From: Callorhinchus milii
Taxonomy: Eukaryota
Direction of reading: 5' to 3'
Assembly (NCBI RefSeq): GCF_018977255.1
Contig: NW_024704742.1
Location: 104,100,001 to 104,164,000 of the forward strand
DNA length: 64,000 bases
The translations under genes and the position numbers were made by a program. The stretch's first letter is position 1, and each line of letters opens with the position of its first letter. The notes under the pieces were generated by a model. The model saw only the letters and a list, made by a program, of their open reading frames with translations. It searched no databases and had not been told where the DNA came from. Below, in pieces: positions 50,490 to 63,724 of this stretch.

Positions 50490-52481
50490 CCCCCACTCCG
50501 CTGCCTTAGAGTCATCTGAACTCGTTCCCCTCTGGGCTTCTTCCCTCAATGACCTATCCTCTTTGGTCACTCTCTTCCACAACTCCGTCTCCACCATTCT
50601 CGATGCCCTTGCCCCCTCACTTCCCAAACCATCTCCTACTCACGGAAGTCACCATACGACACCATCCACCTCCACTCCCTTAAGGCTCAGATGCATGCCA
50701 CTGAACACTTCTGGTTTAAATCCAATTTAACAGTCTGTCTGCAGATCTGGCTGGATATTATCAAATCTTACTGTTCTGCCTTCACCTCCGCTAAATGGTT
50801 GCTCTACTCCAAGACAATCTTGGAGGCCAAGGACAACCCCAGGTTCCTCTTCTCCTTCACCTACTGGCTCATCCGCCCACCCTCTCATGTCTCACCCATC
50901 TTCTACTCCAACACCAACAGCGAGCTAATGCTGGATTTCCTCGAAACCAAAGTCAAGGGGATCCGCCCAACTGCCTCTGCCCTTCCGACCAATACCCCAT
51001 CCCCATCTCCCCCTCCCACCCGGCCCCTAACCATCCCTCCCTCCACACCTTTGAACCTGTGTCCCCTCCACTCTTATCGCCACCATAACTCACATGAAAC
51101 CAACCACCTGCTCCCTCGACCCCATCCCTACCCCTCTCCTTACCTCCCACCTCCAGCTCCTTGCCCCCTATTCACAGACATGATAAACCTCTCTGTCCAT
51201 TGGCACTGTTCCCACCCCTCTAAAACCGTCCGTCATCACTTTTATCCTTAAAACAGCCTCCCTGGATCCATCCCTGCTCTCAAATTACCGCCCCATCTCT
51301 AACTTTCCTTTCCCTTCCAAGGGCCTGGAACGAGTCGTTGCTTCTCAGTTTCGCTCCTTTCTGTCCCGCCACTCCCTTCACAAACAGCTCCAATCGGGTT
51401 TCCGTGCCACCGACAGCACAGAAACAGCTTTGGTCAAAGTGACAAATAACATTTTGTCCATCTGTGACCAGGGCTCCCTCTGCCTCCTCATCCTCCTTGA
51501 CTTCTCTGCTGCTTTTGATACCATTGACCACTCCATCCTCCTCCACCACCTCTCCTCTCACCTCAACCTTCATGGTTCTGTCCATGAATGGTTCAGATTG
51601 TGTCTCTCACACCATCTCCACTTCATTTCCACAAACATCTTCTTCTATAGCCCCCGTACTGTCTCATGCGTATTTGCTCAGGGCTCTGTCCCCTCCTTTT
51701 CAATATCTATATGCTCCCTCTTGGTGACATTATCCACAGACATGGGGTCAACTTCCACGGATGACACCAAACTCTATTCTCTTTCTCCATCCTCGACTCC
51801 AGGACCACTGTCAGACATCAAGTCCTGGATGAAAGCTAACTTTCTACAGTTGAATGTCAACAAGACCGAGGCCCTCCTGATTGGCTCCCGTCAGCACCTC
51901 CACACCTCAGGCACTGACAGCATCACCATCCATGGTTGCACACTCCACCTTACTAAGCCAGTCCAGAACCTTGGAGTCTTGTTTGATCCTCAACTATCCT
52001 TTCTACCCCAATTCTGTGCCTCCATAGGCTGCAGATCATCCAGAACTCTGCAGCCCGTGTCCTCTCCCGCACCATGCTCCGCGACTCTATCACCCCCATC
52101 ATTGCCCGACTCCACTGGCTTCCCATCACACAGAGGATACAGTTCAAGATCCTGGTCCTCACCTTCAAAGCCCTCCATGATCTTCCTTAGTGGCCTCCAG
52201 CCTGCTTCACATCCCCCACCTCAGCCACCCCATTGGCACTCTGCCCCCATCCTCTGGAACTCTATCCCGCAGTCCTTCCACCTCGCCCCCTCCCGTACCT
52301 CTTTCAAGACCCATCTCAAGACCCTCCTCTTTGACTGTGCCTTCAGTAAACCTCCTTGCCCCCTGATCTGCACCCTCCCCAATCCTGACCCCCAGGTCGG
52401 GCCCAAAACACTGATTGTCCAGCACCTTGCGACATCCTCCTGACGTGAAAGGCGCTTTGCAAATGTAATTTTGTTGTTGTT
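50490..52481 (+). mobile_element. L2-clade LINE, 5'-truncated, frameshifted, with internal deletion
   Basis: Translations include AKDNPRFLF, VKVTNNILS, LDFSAAFDTIDH, IKSWMKANFLQLNVNKTE and NLGVLFD. It ends in the stem-loop tail and (TTG)n. Confidence 0.95.
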
Positions 52482-54584
52482 ATAAAGTATTCATTGTTAA
52501 CTTTGATTGCGTTTTTTCGTCAATGTCATATTGTCATTTATAATATCGCATGTCACATTTTCCCACGTATTAAAAAGATAAATCAATTAATGTAACAAAT
52601 AGTAGAGAAAGATTTCAAGCTACTGTTTACACTACTATTTATTTACTATACTTTTCATATCTGCACATTTGTGTTACCAAAAAGCAATTTACTAAAAGAT
52701 AATCATAGTGTAGCAAAATATATCCAATATAAAATATTTTGCTTTACAATTTAATTATGACAAGTTGTTTCTGATCCTGGTGTAACATTTTTGTTGTACA
52801 TTAATTTCTCAGTCTAGTAACGGGTGACATTCTGCATGTTACTCGATTGCTTATTCGAAATGTTCTCACCTACAATTACCAGTGAATACAGAGATAGGAT
52901 TTTCATTAAGTAGCAGTACAGAAAGATTTTGTGAAGGGCTCTTTGCGCAGATTTCAGTGCTGCATTCATTTTCTGGTACCATTATTTAATATGAAAATTA
53001 GAATGCATAATTCACACTTGGTGCTGCAAACATGCATGACATATAAATCTGATATTATTCATGCTTCTTCTGGAAACAATGGCCTCTTAACATGTGATTT
53101 AAATGTAGAAATTCCTTCCATATTGAATTGGAAACACTTGGATGTGCTGCAGCAGAATCCTAGACACTGCTTTCAATGCTGATATCAGTAAAGTTAAGGT
53201 GCATTTTCCCCTGCTGGTTAATGGGCTTTACTAAAGAAAAAAATGTGGAGTGAAAGGATCTGCAACTATTATTTTATAATTGCTCTTTGTACAGCCTTTC
53301 CAACTCACTCTCACATTGTTTTTAAGATAAAATATTTCTATTCCAATATTTCTATTAAAACTGTACAATTTTAGAGAGAAAGAGTGAAGAGGCCCAAAAA
53401 TCCTATTACATGTTTCTCATTTTTCATAGCTTTAAAACCATTATCCTAAAATGCTTTGGCAGACTGGCACCCTGAAAGAGCTCAGGACTTTCATGGAAAA
53501 AGGGAGTGTCAGCCACAAAAATAACACCAAAGGCACAGCTGCCCCCTTCCCCGCCATCTCCTGCACTACAGAATTTTAGAAAATGCTTAAATTGTGCTTT
53601 ATTTTGAATGGCATGTTAGCTCAAAGTTTATTAATTAATAAAATAAATGTATTAATGGTCTTAAGGCTGAGTCCGTGAAGCATTTGCGTACAAATGCACA
53701 CTCAGTACATTTGGTAGGAATTACCTGTGAAGTGCTGTGTGATGTTTAATCTCTACAGGTGCTGCATTATATGCAAGGATCATGATAATAGATAGGGGGA
53801 TTGTTTTTGGCCTATGGTCACGTTCATGCTTTGCTCACTAGGTGGAGCTGCTGTTTGCTGCACAATCAGAAGCTGTGATCCAAACTAAGGCTTTCTGAAG
53901 TGCTTCTGCAGGTCTGAATCAAAGATTGCAAATACAGTGTTCTTTAAACACATCGAAACCTTCTGACTGGTTCTTCTTAAGCGAGTGGATCTTTTAAAAA
54001 TAAATAAAAGGGTCTCGTTTCTGTATAAATAAAACTTGTAAATATGACCAGTCAAAGGAGAGGAATTAAAATCCCGTGTCGGAATTTCTCCCAACAACAA
54101 ATTGTTTGGGGGCTTTTTATTTTAAATTGCATTTTTCTTCATTCAGCCCTGACTCAGACCGCTCTTCCCACGCTGCTCTGCAATTGGCCATGAGGAGGTG
54201 CACAAGAGAGAACATCTCAGAGTGACTCACTTTCCTCTTCCCCTTAACTGTGAGGAACTGTATGGGCCCACATCCAGCTCTCTTCCCTCTTCCTGCCAAC
54301 TTACCTAAGATTGGGAAATCATTATGTGTGAAATTGTAGATGCTGTTTGAACCCTTTAGATATCGAATAAGATATTGATCATAGAATCATAGAATACAGC
54401 ACTGCAGAAGACCATTCATCTTGCTGTGTTTGTGCTAGTAAAATGTTTATTGAGATCAGCTAGCTCAGCATAGAACATTATTTGAACCTATGTCCTTCTG
54501 GTCTGTACAAGGTACAATGTCTGTTCTGCACCAAGGCAGTATCTTTCCTCACTGAACTATCGAAGGAACTCAATCAAAGGGGTC

Positions 54585-54765
54585 AAAAGAAAAAGATAGG
54601 TTGATGTTTCAGGTTGGAGGCATCATCAGAACAGACTTGTTTGATACAATCTCTTATTTGAAACATACTTTATCTTCTTTGAGATGCTGATCAAACTCCT
54701 GTCCATTTCCAGCGCTTTCTGTTTTTAACTTCAAATCTACAGCATTCGTAATTTTTCTTTTTATC
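54585..54765. mobile_element. Palindromic Penelope-type terminal remnant with degenerate hammerhead core
   Basis: Minus strand GTTCTGATGA-12 nt-GAAACATCAAC, followed by a plus arm TGAAAC...AGATGCTG...ATTTCCAGC.CTTTCTGTTTTTA. Confidence 0.55.
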
Positions 54766-56349
54766 GCATTTCAACATCACCCACATTTACTACTCATAAC
54801 AAAGTAGCACTGGATTGTGATGGCAATTTGTATTCTGTTTGATTCTCTCCATGAATAACATTTCCAATACAATGTATGGGTTTCACATCTGTAAAGCTGG
54901 TGCACTGTGTCTGAACCTGCGATTGAACAAACAAAAGACTTAATGCTGACTTCATTTTAATGGCCTCTGTGATATTTGATTAAAGACCAGTGTATCACCC
55001 TTTTATCAGTTTACCACTGCATTTTGTTCAACATTATCATCAATTAACAAAACTCCCATTTGATTTACTATTTAATATAGTTGAGCTTTTATACACATCC
55101 AATGAATACTTCTGTTAGTATTGAGTAAATAAAACATTTTAAGACTCTCTTAAACTTCCTTTTGTTCTAACTTTTTGATTTTCCTTACACCACATTCCAT
55201 TGCTTGGTTGAGTGGATATGGACTGTTTCAACAAAACTGTTTTGGGGTAGTGTTTTGGAGAGCTGAAAAACTGTTTCAAGACAGATGGCAAGAACCAACT
55301 GGAACAATCTGGAGTGGCTCAGTCTTGTATTTTGGTTGCTCTTTCAGGGGAAAAATCCCATCTACTTGCTACCCAACAGCATAAAAGATACATAACTTGA
55401 TATGAATTACAAATGCACTTCATAACTGCTCCATATTGCAGTATTGGAAAGCACTAATGCACCCATCCACCTAAGTTTCCTTTAGATCACAGTTTGATAG
55501 GATACCATACATGACAATATTTGCTAGCTACTGAATATGGGTACTCTTCTCCTGCCACTCAAACGTACCACATTAATAACTATTGCGTGCCTAATGCTGT
55601 TATATGAACACTTGATTGCATCCTACACTTTGTGTTGAAGAGTGAGTCAGATGATAGTAAATAATGAGCATATAATAAGCATAAATGATTAAATAGATGA
55701 TGTGCTAATAGAAGCACACAGACTTTAAAAAAGGTATTTTGTGATCAGTGTACTTCTTTAATATGTCTGCTGCCAATATTAATTTGCTAGTTTTGAAAAA
55801 GTTCCGCTCTTCTTTATTTTAATAGAATATAAACTGTATCAATTTGATCAATTTTAGATCATCTGAGGTTCAGATGTTAATCAAAAAATGCAATTATTAT
55901 TCCCAGAAAACAGACATGGTCTAATTGCGAAAAACAAAGGTATTAAACAGACAAGAGCATCAGTACTTGCTCTTGTTCCATAGCTTCTGACTGAAGATAT
56001 ATCATGAGTGAATATATATATTATAAATAGCATTTTCAGCAAAATAACAAATCATAGATGAACTTGTGCGGTTTTAAGTCTTTTGGGTAAGGGCTACATA
56101 CGGTATAGGGAGATTATTTAAAGAATATCCACTGGGAATGTGCTCCAGTGCTACTGAATAGTGTAACGTTTCATTTAATTTGCTTTACCAATGTTCCTCC
56201 CTACTTCTTCCTCCCTGGAGCTGATGGTTTATGCTGTGGAATAGCTTCACTGGCAGCAGCAGCAGTTCCCCCCCTCACCCACACCCACACAAATGCACAC
56301 ACAAACACAAACAAACACACACACACATCTTGCTCAAATAGCCATTAGA

Positions 56350-56570
56350 CATCTATGTGCTTAGTCAGTGAACATTGGCTGGTTATTTGATCATTAAAGG
56401 AATAACAGCCCGCCTGAACCTGTTCTTCCCCATAATCACCATACACACACACATTTACACACACAGAGTTCACACAGGGGTCATTGGACAGTGATCAGTA
56501 AACAGGAATGCTGGTTGATTTTTCCTTCCACAAGCCTGGGGACAATTCGGTCAGTTGCCGTGTGGTCAAC
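56350..56570 (-). mobile_element. LF-SINE-like fragment
   Basis: CAGGGGTCATTGGACAGTGATCAGTAAACAGGAATGCTGG is the reverse complement of the block in the 56810 copy. Confidence 0.5.
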
Positions 56571-56809
56571 CCTTTCCAGATTACTCCTGAGAAATTTTAA
56601 ATAAAGGACAACACATGTTACTGTGGATTCCATGTTCATCTCAATATTTATTGTCAAACATACTGTCATTGTCTCATCTTATTTCCCAGAGCTACTATAA
56701 AATGTAGAGGCTTTTTATTGTTTTCCCATCAAGGAGATGTTAATTATGTAAAACCTAACAAAGAAACCAGAGGAGCAAGGCTATTCTGCGCAGAAGTGAA
56801 AAATGCTCC

Positions 56810-57200
56810 TCTGTTGGCCTAGTGGGAAAAAGACCTTCTGTACCTTAAGAGGAATACATAGAGGTTGAAAGATTGCAGGTTTGCAATCTAGTCATTGCTA
56901 AGTTTAAGAATGTCTGTTGGCCTCAATGCCTCTGAGCTAGAGAAGAAAATTAGCTGTGGTTCCTGCTTTTGATTGCTGTAAAGGCCCCTGTTAGAAGGTG
57001 TGTGGATATTGAAAGGACAGGTTTATGGTCAGCTCTGATTCCACCATATTTAAATAGCATAAGTACACTCACCATCAAGCCTTACACATGAATAATGGAC
57101 AATAATGGGCAGTAGTACTTGGGCAAGATACCAGAGGAATCCCAGTGTCCGTAGGAGGAAAAAGAGACACAAATGCTTTCAAGGAAGGAGAGGAGGGGAA
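56810..57200 (+). mobile_element. LF-SINE-like ancient element
   Basis: GGTTCCTGCT..TGAT, GGACAGG.TT..GG.CAGCT.TGAT, ACACTCAC...CACATGAATAATGG, CTTGGGCAAGATACCAGAGG. Family identified from memory. Confidence 0.55.
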
Positions 57201-57349
57201 AATAGCAGAATGTTTTTTAGAAGAACAAGTTCATAATTCAGAAAACTTCACAGGGCACTTGCAGTTTTTGATTGATATCACTACAGAGAATACATCAATG
57301 TATCAATGAACAGGATGAAGTGACCCATCAATTCACTACTATACAGGAA

Positions 57350-57720
57350 ATAAAAATAATAATCATTGCATTTGATGTCGCACTATAACACTGAGAAAAA
57401 TCTCAAAGTGGTTCACAGGTAATTACTATCCAGTGTATTGACATAAGAACCAATTTATCTTTTGCAAAGTTCCACCAACAGTCATGAAGTGAATGATTAA
57501 TTTATCTGATGGATTGCTGATCAGGCACCAGGAAAAATTGCTTTCTATTTTGAAATAAAATTAAGGGATTTTTCACAGCCACCTCATCCAAACCAATCTT
57601 GTGATCTTGTGAACAGACATAGAGGGCCTAGGTTTAATGTTTCATTCGAAGAATAGCATCACCAAGAATCTGGAGCCCCTCCAGTATTGCACTAGAGTGG
57701 GTGTCTGAGCTGTCAGCTCA
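57350..57720 (-). mobile_element. Decayed Deu-domain SINE
   Basis: Tail plus CAGTCATGAAGTGAATGA and GGGCCTAGGTTTAATGTTTCAT blocks. Confidence 0.6.
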
Positions 57721-58469
57721 AATTGAGAAACAGACCCACAATAATAATAATAATCCTTGCCTTATCACTTCTTCGAGAAGTCTCAAAGCGCTTTACAGAA
57801 TATACTGTAAAGAGAATTGGAATTGACTGTATATTTTGTGGGCGAAACAATATTCTGACCCAGAGGTATTTACATACATCATTTTTCATTGAACATTTAC
57901 CCTAACTCCTACAAGAAAGTGCCAAGTAATAACGTCTATGCATTGCTGTTGCAACTGGTGAGAAGTTACGTACTTTGCTGCAATATTTTTAAACTATAAA
58001 TTTTATCAATCTGCATAAGATTAAGATTCCAAGCCAGATACAGAAAAAAGCGATTGTGTTGACTGCTTTTTCAATTTTAAAATCAAATGATTTAATATTC
58101 GGACATGGATAGACAATTGTATTTCAAAGCAGCACAAAGTTGAAATTATTCATTGGAGTGCATATTGGCAATGATTGTATCTCTGGAATGTTTTGTGTTG
58201 CTGAGCTAGTCAATTAAGTCACTAGTGTATTGAATGAGAGAAATGTTTTCAGACGGTTGCCAAGGTTTAATGTTACAATGAACACCTGATATGCAACAGC
58301 AAAAGCAAGACCACCACTTTCTTTTTAGTAGAACAAAACAACATGATATGATATTAGGTTATAATTTTAATATAGGATTTCATGTCTAAATTCAATGAGC
58401 ATTTACAAAATAAATAACTTTTCAGGGGAAGGTTCCTTTGATGAAACAGGCCCAGACAATACACCGAAA

Positions 58470-58911
58470 GTTGCTACATTGTCAGAGGTGCATCCTTTTG
58501 CTTGTTCAGGTGAATGTTAAAGATCTATGGCACCATTTGAAAAGAGTAAGGAGTTTCTCTTGGTGCATGGTCATAATTTTTCTTTTGTGACTCAGTAAAT
58601 GTGGTAAAAAGAATTGCTTTTGTAAGAAGTGCAGGAGAAAAATTCTGAATTATACTCCGTAGAAAACGATCAATTTTGATGGAAATTATAGACTTCTAAT
58701 AAAATTCAATCCTGGACAACAATCCCCTAGTTCAAATTCATCATTCACTTCATGGATGGTTTTGGGACATTGCTGCCACATTCACCTAAAAAATACACAT
58801 TCACCTAAAAAATACACAGTCACTGCACTTTGCAGTAAATCCTTTAAAGTACTGTAAGACATTTTGATGATGTGATTAGATACTATATCAAATGCAAGGA
58901 TTATTATTATT
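58470..58911 (+). mobile_element. Deu-domain SINE interrupted by an inverted local duplication
   Basis: Aligns to the 63725-64000 copy on both sides of 58563-58710. Confidence 0.75.
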
Positions 58912-61009
58912 AAAGGTTCAAGAATTCATTTCAGAGAACAGGGAGAAGATACCAGATTAAGGTTGGGATGGAGAAAACCAGAGCTTGCATTGTGCGCCAC
59001 GTAAAAGGTCAATGTAACCATAAAGTGCTGCATAATAAAAGTTCAATACTGGATTTTATTAGAAGTCTATAAGTTCCATCATCCATCATTCAAAATTGAT
59101 TGTTTTCTATGGAGTATAATTAAAAAGAATTCTCCTGCACTTCTTACAAAAGCAATTCTTTTTATCACATTTACTGAGTCACAAAAGAAAAGGTATGGCC
59201 ATGCACAGCTTAATGTATTAATGATCCTTCTCGTACACTGTTATATGGATAAACGACACTCACTGATACCCTGTTCAAATTACAGCTGCAAATTTGGGCC
59301 TGAATTTACAGCTAATCTGCAAATAAATTGGACGGAGGTGGAAAGCCAGCTATGAAACAATGTGATTAGCATCCAACTGGTATAAAATGTCTGATCCCAG
59401 TCCATACTCACGTCTCTATTTGAGATAAAGCACGAAGCCTGGTTTGAGCTGGGTTGTAGTAGAAATGAACATAAAGTTGCAAAATAGTATTCAGTTCAGT
59501 TCACCTTGATATTAGGGTATTAACACATCACATTTATTATTATTCTTCCAATCGGTCAACAGGATATTGCTCTGTGTCTGATAGAAAGCACTAGTGAAGA
59601 CTCCTCAGGGGATACCAGCATCCTGCACAAGTCACTGATGTCAATGATTGCCCATGTGTATCAGGGCACAGGGTCAACATTTGGAGCAGTAGCACACATT
59701 AATATCAGGCGGGTGAGGTACTGTGCTGAGTAAAATAAATCTCCAATAAATCAGAGAATGTTTCAGATGGTCACTTTCCGAAGAAAAATGCAATTTGAAA
59801 AGGACTATAGAATCAGCTCAACAATAAATTACATTAAAGGCAGGTATTTTGCTGTCAAGTATATGAAGATCCCTTAATGTATTTGCTGGCAAGAGTACCT
59901 CTACTATAATCTCAGTTATGCAAACAAATTAATTATGATTACCAGCTCCAAAGACAGCCTATTGAAGTATTAACTCATAGATATCATCACAGAGTAATGA
60001 TCAAGGGAGGTAACACACTAAGGAATTCAGATGTCACTCTTGATTTTTATCAGTATCATCTCAATCCAGAAAATATTGGTGATTTGCAAACCCACTCCAG
60101 CCTATTTTGTTCTATAATATATACAGGTGAAGTTTGTGAAGAAGACCTATTTTGTTTTCAACATGTTATTTTTACTGGCAATAGAGTACGTGTGTATGTA
60201 TGCATGTATATAGTGGCACACAACAAGCTTCCTCATTTGAATTGTCTGATTTGAACTGAAGGGTTTGTGTAACAATGTGATAGAAACTGATCTCCTTAGG
60301 ATTCAATTAGCTGCTGTGATATTGGAATTTATTTCACCAAATGTTAAAATGTTATGTACACATTGTGCACCTTTAGTTTTTTTTCAGGGAAATCACTATT
60401 ACTACTTCCTTTTTTGATGCGAGCTATAAAAAGAGTTTTATTCATACTATTTTGAATGTTCATTGATATTAGTAGTGCAGTACATGGGAGAGAGATCAGA
60501 CTAGTGTAATGCACAAAACCTGTGTGTGTTACGATGTTGATGGATAAACTGCGTGCATTGCATATGGTGAATGATGTATTGTCTCATATCTTGACCCCTA
60601 TTTGAACGTGGCTGCTGTTTGTAAGGTTGATACAGACATCAAAGAGGAATTTACACAACATATTCTGAATGTGTCTTTAATGTGCATTTCACTTCACATT
60701 AAAAAGTCTCCCCGGATGAATTAGTATGCCTTCTTTATCCCCAAACCACCATGACCATCATCGCTGCCCAGGGTCCTATCATCACATCAGCATTAGATCA
60801 CAAGCAGCAAAGCAACTTTTGTGTATCGTTAGATCTCCATATCTTAAACTATAGAGCAGCCAGATCCACCAGAACATGTATCAGATATGCTGGTAAGATT
60901 TATTCAGATGGGCAGAATTTCATCTTTCTTTGAATTGCTATTGGCATGGCTTAGTTGGCCGATAATTATCCTATTTTTCACATCTCTGTACTTATAGCTG
61001 AGGTATAAT

Positions 61010-62480
61010 ATCCAATCAATAACATTCGGTATTTGTTAACCTGCATATTAAAAATGTCCCAGGTTTGCTCAGTACCAGATATTTAATCCAGCTCCTCATG
61101 TGAGGAGCCTTGGCAAATAGTGCCGGCTGGGAAGCCAATTCTGCCTCAAGGGTGTTTAGCGACAGGTCAATATCCTCTCTCTCCCTCCCTCCCTTTAGCT
61201 ACTTCCTGTGTTTGCCGCAAATCCACCTCACTGCTTGATCCTGCACTTTGCAGATGGGTCAGAGGAATCCTCTCCACTGCATCCCCAGGAGCTCAGATCC
61301 ATAAAGGAGGATTGTTTGCACATAGGTCTGGTAGGTCACAAGCTTGACTGTATTGGAACCTCGCTGTCCTTATAGAGGGATGAGTATGGACAGAGTGCCC
61401 TTTTTCCCATTCCTCAGGACAGTTTCCAGACTGAAGTTGTCCAACCCCGAAGTCCCGATAAAGATCAAAATTGGGACTGAGCCCCTTGTATCTTCTAGTC
61501 CTCGATGCCCTCTCTTGCGCTATGCAAAACCATGATTCCGCACTTGGGGTCCCCTACCATTATTCCCACCAGTTGGCCCAGTGCTCAAGATGGCAGGTGC
61601 AGTGCAATAGGTCCCCAGATAAGTCCACCTCCAGCACAATATTGTCCGCAAACAAAAGCAGTACAATCCTGCCAGAAAGGCCTGGAATAGAAACACAAAG
61701 TCCATTCCCCTTGATACCATCCAAAATATCATTGATGAATACATCGGCTAGGCTGGGTGATAAAAGACAGCCTTACCTTACCCCTCTTTTAAGAGACATG
61801 GGGTCAGTGAATCTATTGTTGACCCTTACGAAGATCTTGGAGATGGAATAAACATTCTGGATCACTGTGGCTTGAGTCAGAAGCTGCTGGAAGGCATTAC
61901 CTGGAGTCCTAGTTCATTTAACACAAATTTGTATTCCCAAAGTTTGGAATCCGTCTTAATTGGCTTTCAGAAATGTAAGCAGATGCTGCTCAAGCTCCAC
62001 ACCTTCAAATGGTGGAAGCATCGCTCAATGGCATTGCTGTGTGCCTGAGCTGTGCCAGGAAGATGTGTGGAAATAATCTCCCACATTTCATGTTGAGCTG
62101 TATTGCCAACCAGGAAGCTCGCAGGGAGTTCCTGGTACTTGCATGCACTTAATGAGGGCTCAAAGCTGTGCTTGTCAGACGTCAAATTACTAATTAGTGA
62201 CTATCGTCCTTAGTGTGGAGGAAGTTGGGTCTCTTTGGACCTGAATTGGCTCCAAGATGATATGTTTGGCAATGGAATGTCAGAATCTAGCCAGCCCTCT
62301 GTGGTGCTCTCAGAAGTTCAGTTCCTGAGCCAGGTGGGTCCACAGTATTCCAGGCCACTGCTGATGACAGCACAGCAGGACCTGGAAGGGCAAACCCTGG
62401 GGGCAGGGAGTCATCCCACTCAGCTCCCATTAACTTGCAAGCTAAAGCTCTAACAGCAAGGGCTTTTAGGGGGCAAACTG
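61010..62480. mobile_element. Ancient non-LTR retrotransposon (RTE-X-like) with inverted 5' part: RT on minus (about 61010-61870), CCHC knuckle and 3' UTR on plus (about 61872-62480)
   Basis: Minus translation VIQNVYSISKIFVRVNNRFTDPMSLKRGVR*GCLLSP...FINDIL...IPGLSGRIVLLLFADNIVL...WANWWE/VGDPKCGIM...TYVQTILLYGSELLG. Plus translation KQMLLKLHT...CLSC...HFMLSC...ARREFL. The clade assignment is from memory. Confidence 0.75.
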
Positions 62481-62603
62481 CATTGGCTGATTGATTTCTC
62501 CTTTTTGTTAGCATTATTATACCAGTCTTGTTTAAAGTATTACCTTGTGATGGTGTGGAAGAGAAAAGAGAATACACATTAACTGTATTTTCACACTGAT
62601 GTT

Positions 62604-62918
62604 ATAATAATAATAATAATAATCCTTGCATTTGATATAGTGCTTTTCACGTCAGGAGGACGTCCCAAAGCGCTTCACAGAACACACTGTAAAGTGAATT
62701 GACTATATTTGTGGGCGAACGCGGCAGCCAATTGCGCACAGCAATGTCCCACAAACAGTCGTAGATTAAAAATGACCAATTTATTATTGTTTTTGGAGGG
62801 ATTATTATTAGGCATGTGGAGTAAGGAAACTTGCCCAAGGTTTCGCCCTGCCTGGAATTGAACCCAGGTCTCTCGCTTGCAAAGTGAGTGCTCTAACCAC
62901 TGAGCTACAGGACTCCAC
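62604..62918 (-). mobile_element. tRNA-derived SINE, full length, short subfamily
   Basis: Same head, body and tail as the other copies. Confidence 0.95.
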
Positions 62919-63724
62919 ATGCGGAAGTGGCTCAACATTTTTGAAACACCATGGACCATTTTCACATTGAAAGGGATGGAAAGTTTTTGTCCTAAGTCTC
63001 ACTTCTTGGTTATTGGTGGGACATTGCTGTGTCTAAATTGATTGCTAGGTTCACCTACAAAATACACAGTCTGTGTACTTTACATACATATTATTAAGTA
63101 CTCCTCCTAGATTTAGAAGAAGAAATATATAATCATTAATGTATATTTTACTTGTAGGACAGAATCCTAACTTTAACACAATTCTGGGACCTCTTCTCAG
63201 CTGCTAGACCAACTGTACTGGGAGCATCCAGGAGCAAGTTTATCTCTATCTGGGTGTTGAGCTTTAGACTGAGCATTCTTGTAAAATATATTGCTGGAAT
63301 GGATTAAAAGCTGAAGAAGTGTGTCCCAGGTCTACAATTAATAGCAAGGAATCCTGGCCAAAGGTAAAGATAATCTTGTAAAAATCATTTTGCAAGAATC
63401 ATACTAGGAGAGTATTTTGAACAGAAAATACACTCCTTGGTTTTTCCCTTTAATTGTGTCTGTATGCCATATCACTTGGTATGTGTAGAAAAAAATTGGA
63501 CAAACACCTTTGTTAAAGATTATGTCTCTTTAAGTATCATTACTTGCTTCACATATGCATTTTATGCCATAATGAAATGTCTCATGATATCAGGATCTGT
63601 TGAATAAGGAAATACCATTTTATCCATCAAGCCTTTTTTTCTTGGAGACCATGTATAGTTTCTACTGTCATGAATTCTAAATTTACTCAGCCTTCTGATG
63701 GTGCTAATCAGCCAGAATTTATAA

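Noticed and set aside
55860..55976. Two short perfect hairpins (7-bp and 9-bp stems)
   Set aside because: Stems this short are expected by chance in 64 kb.
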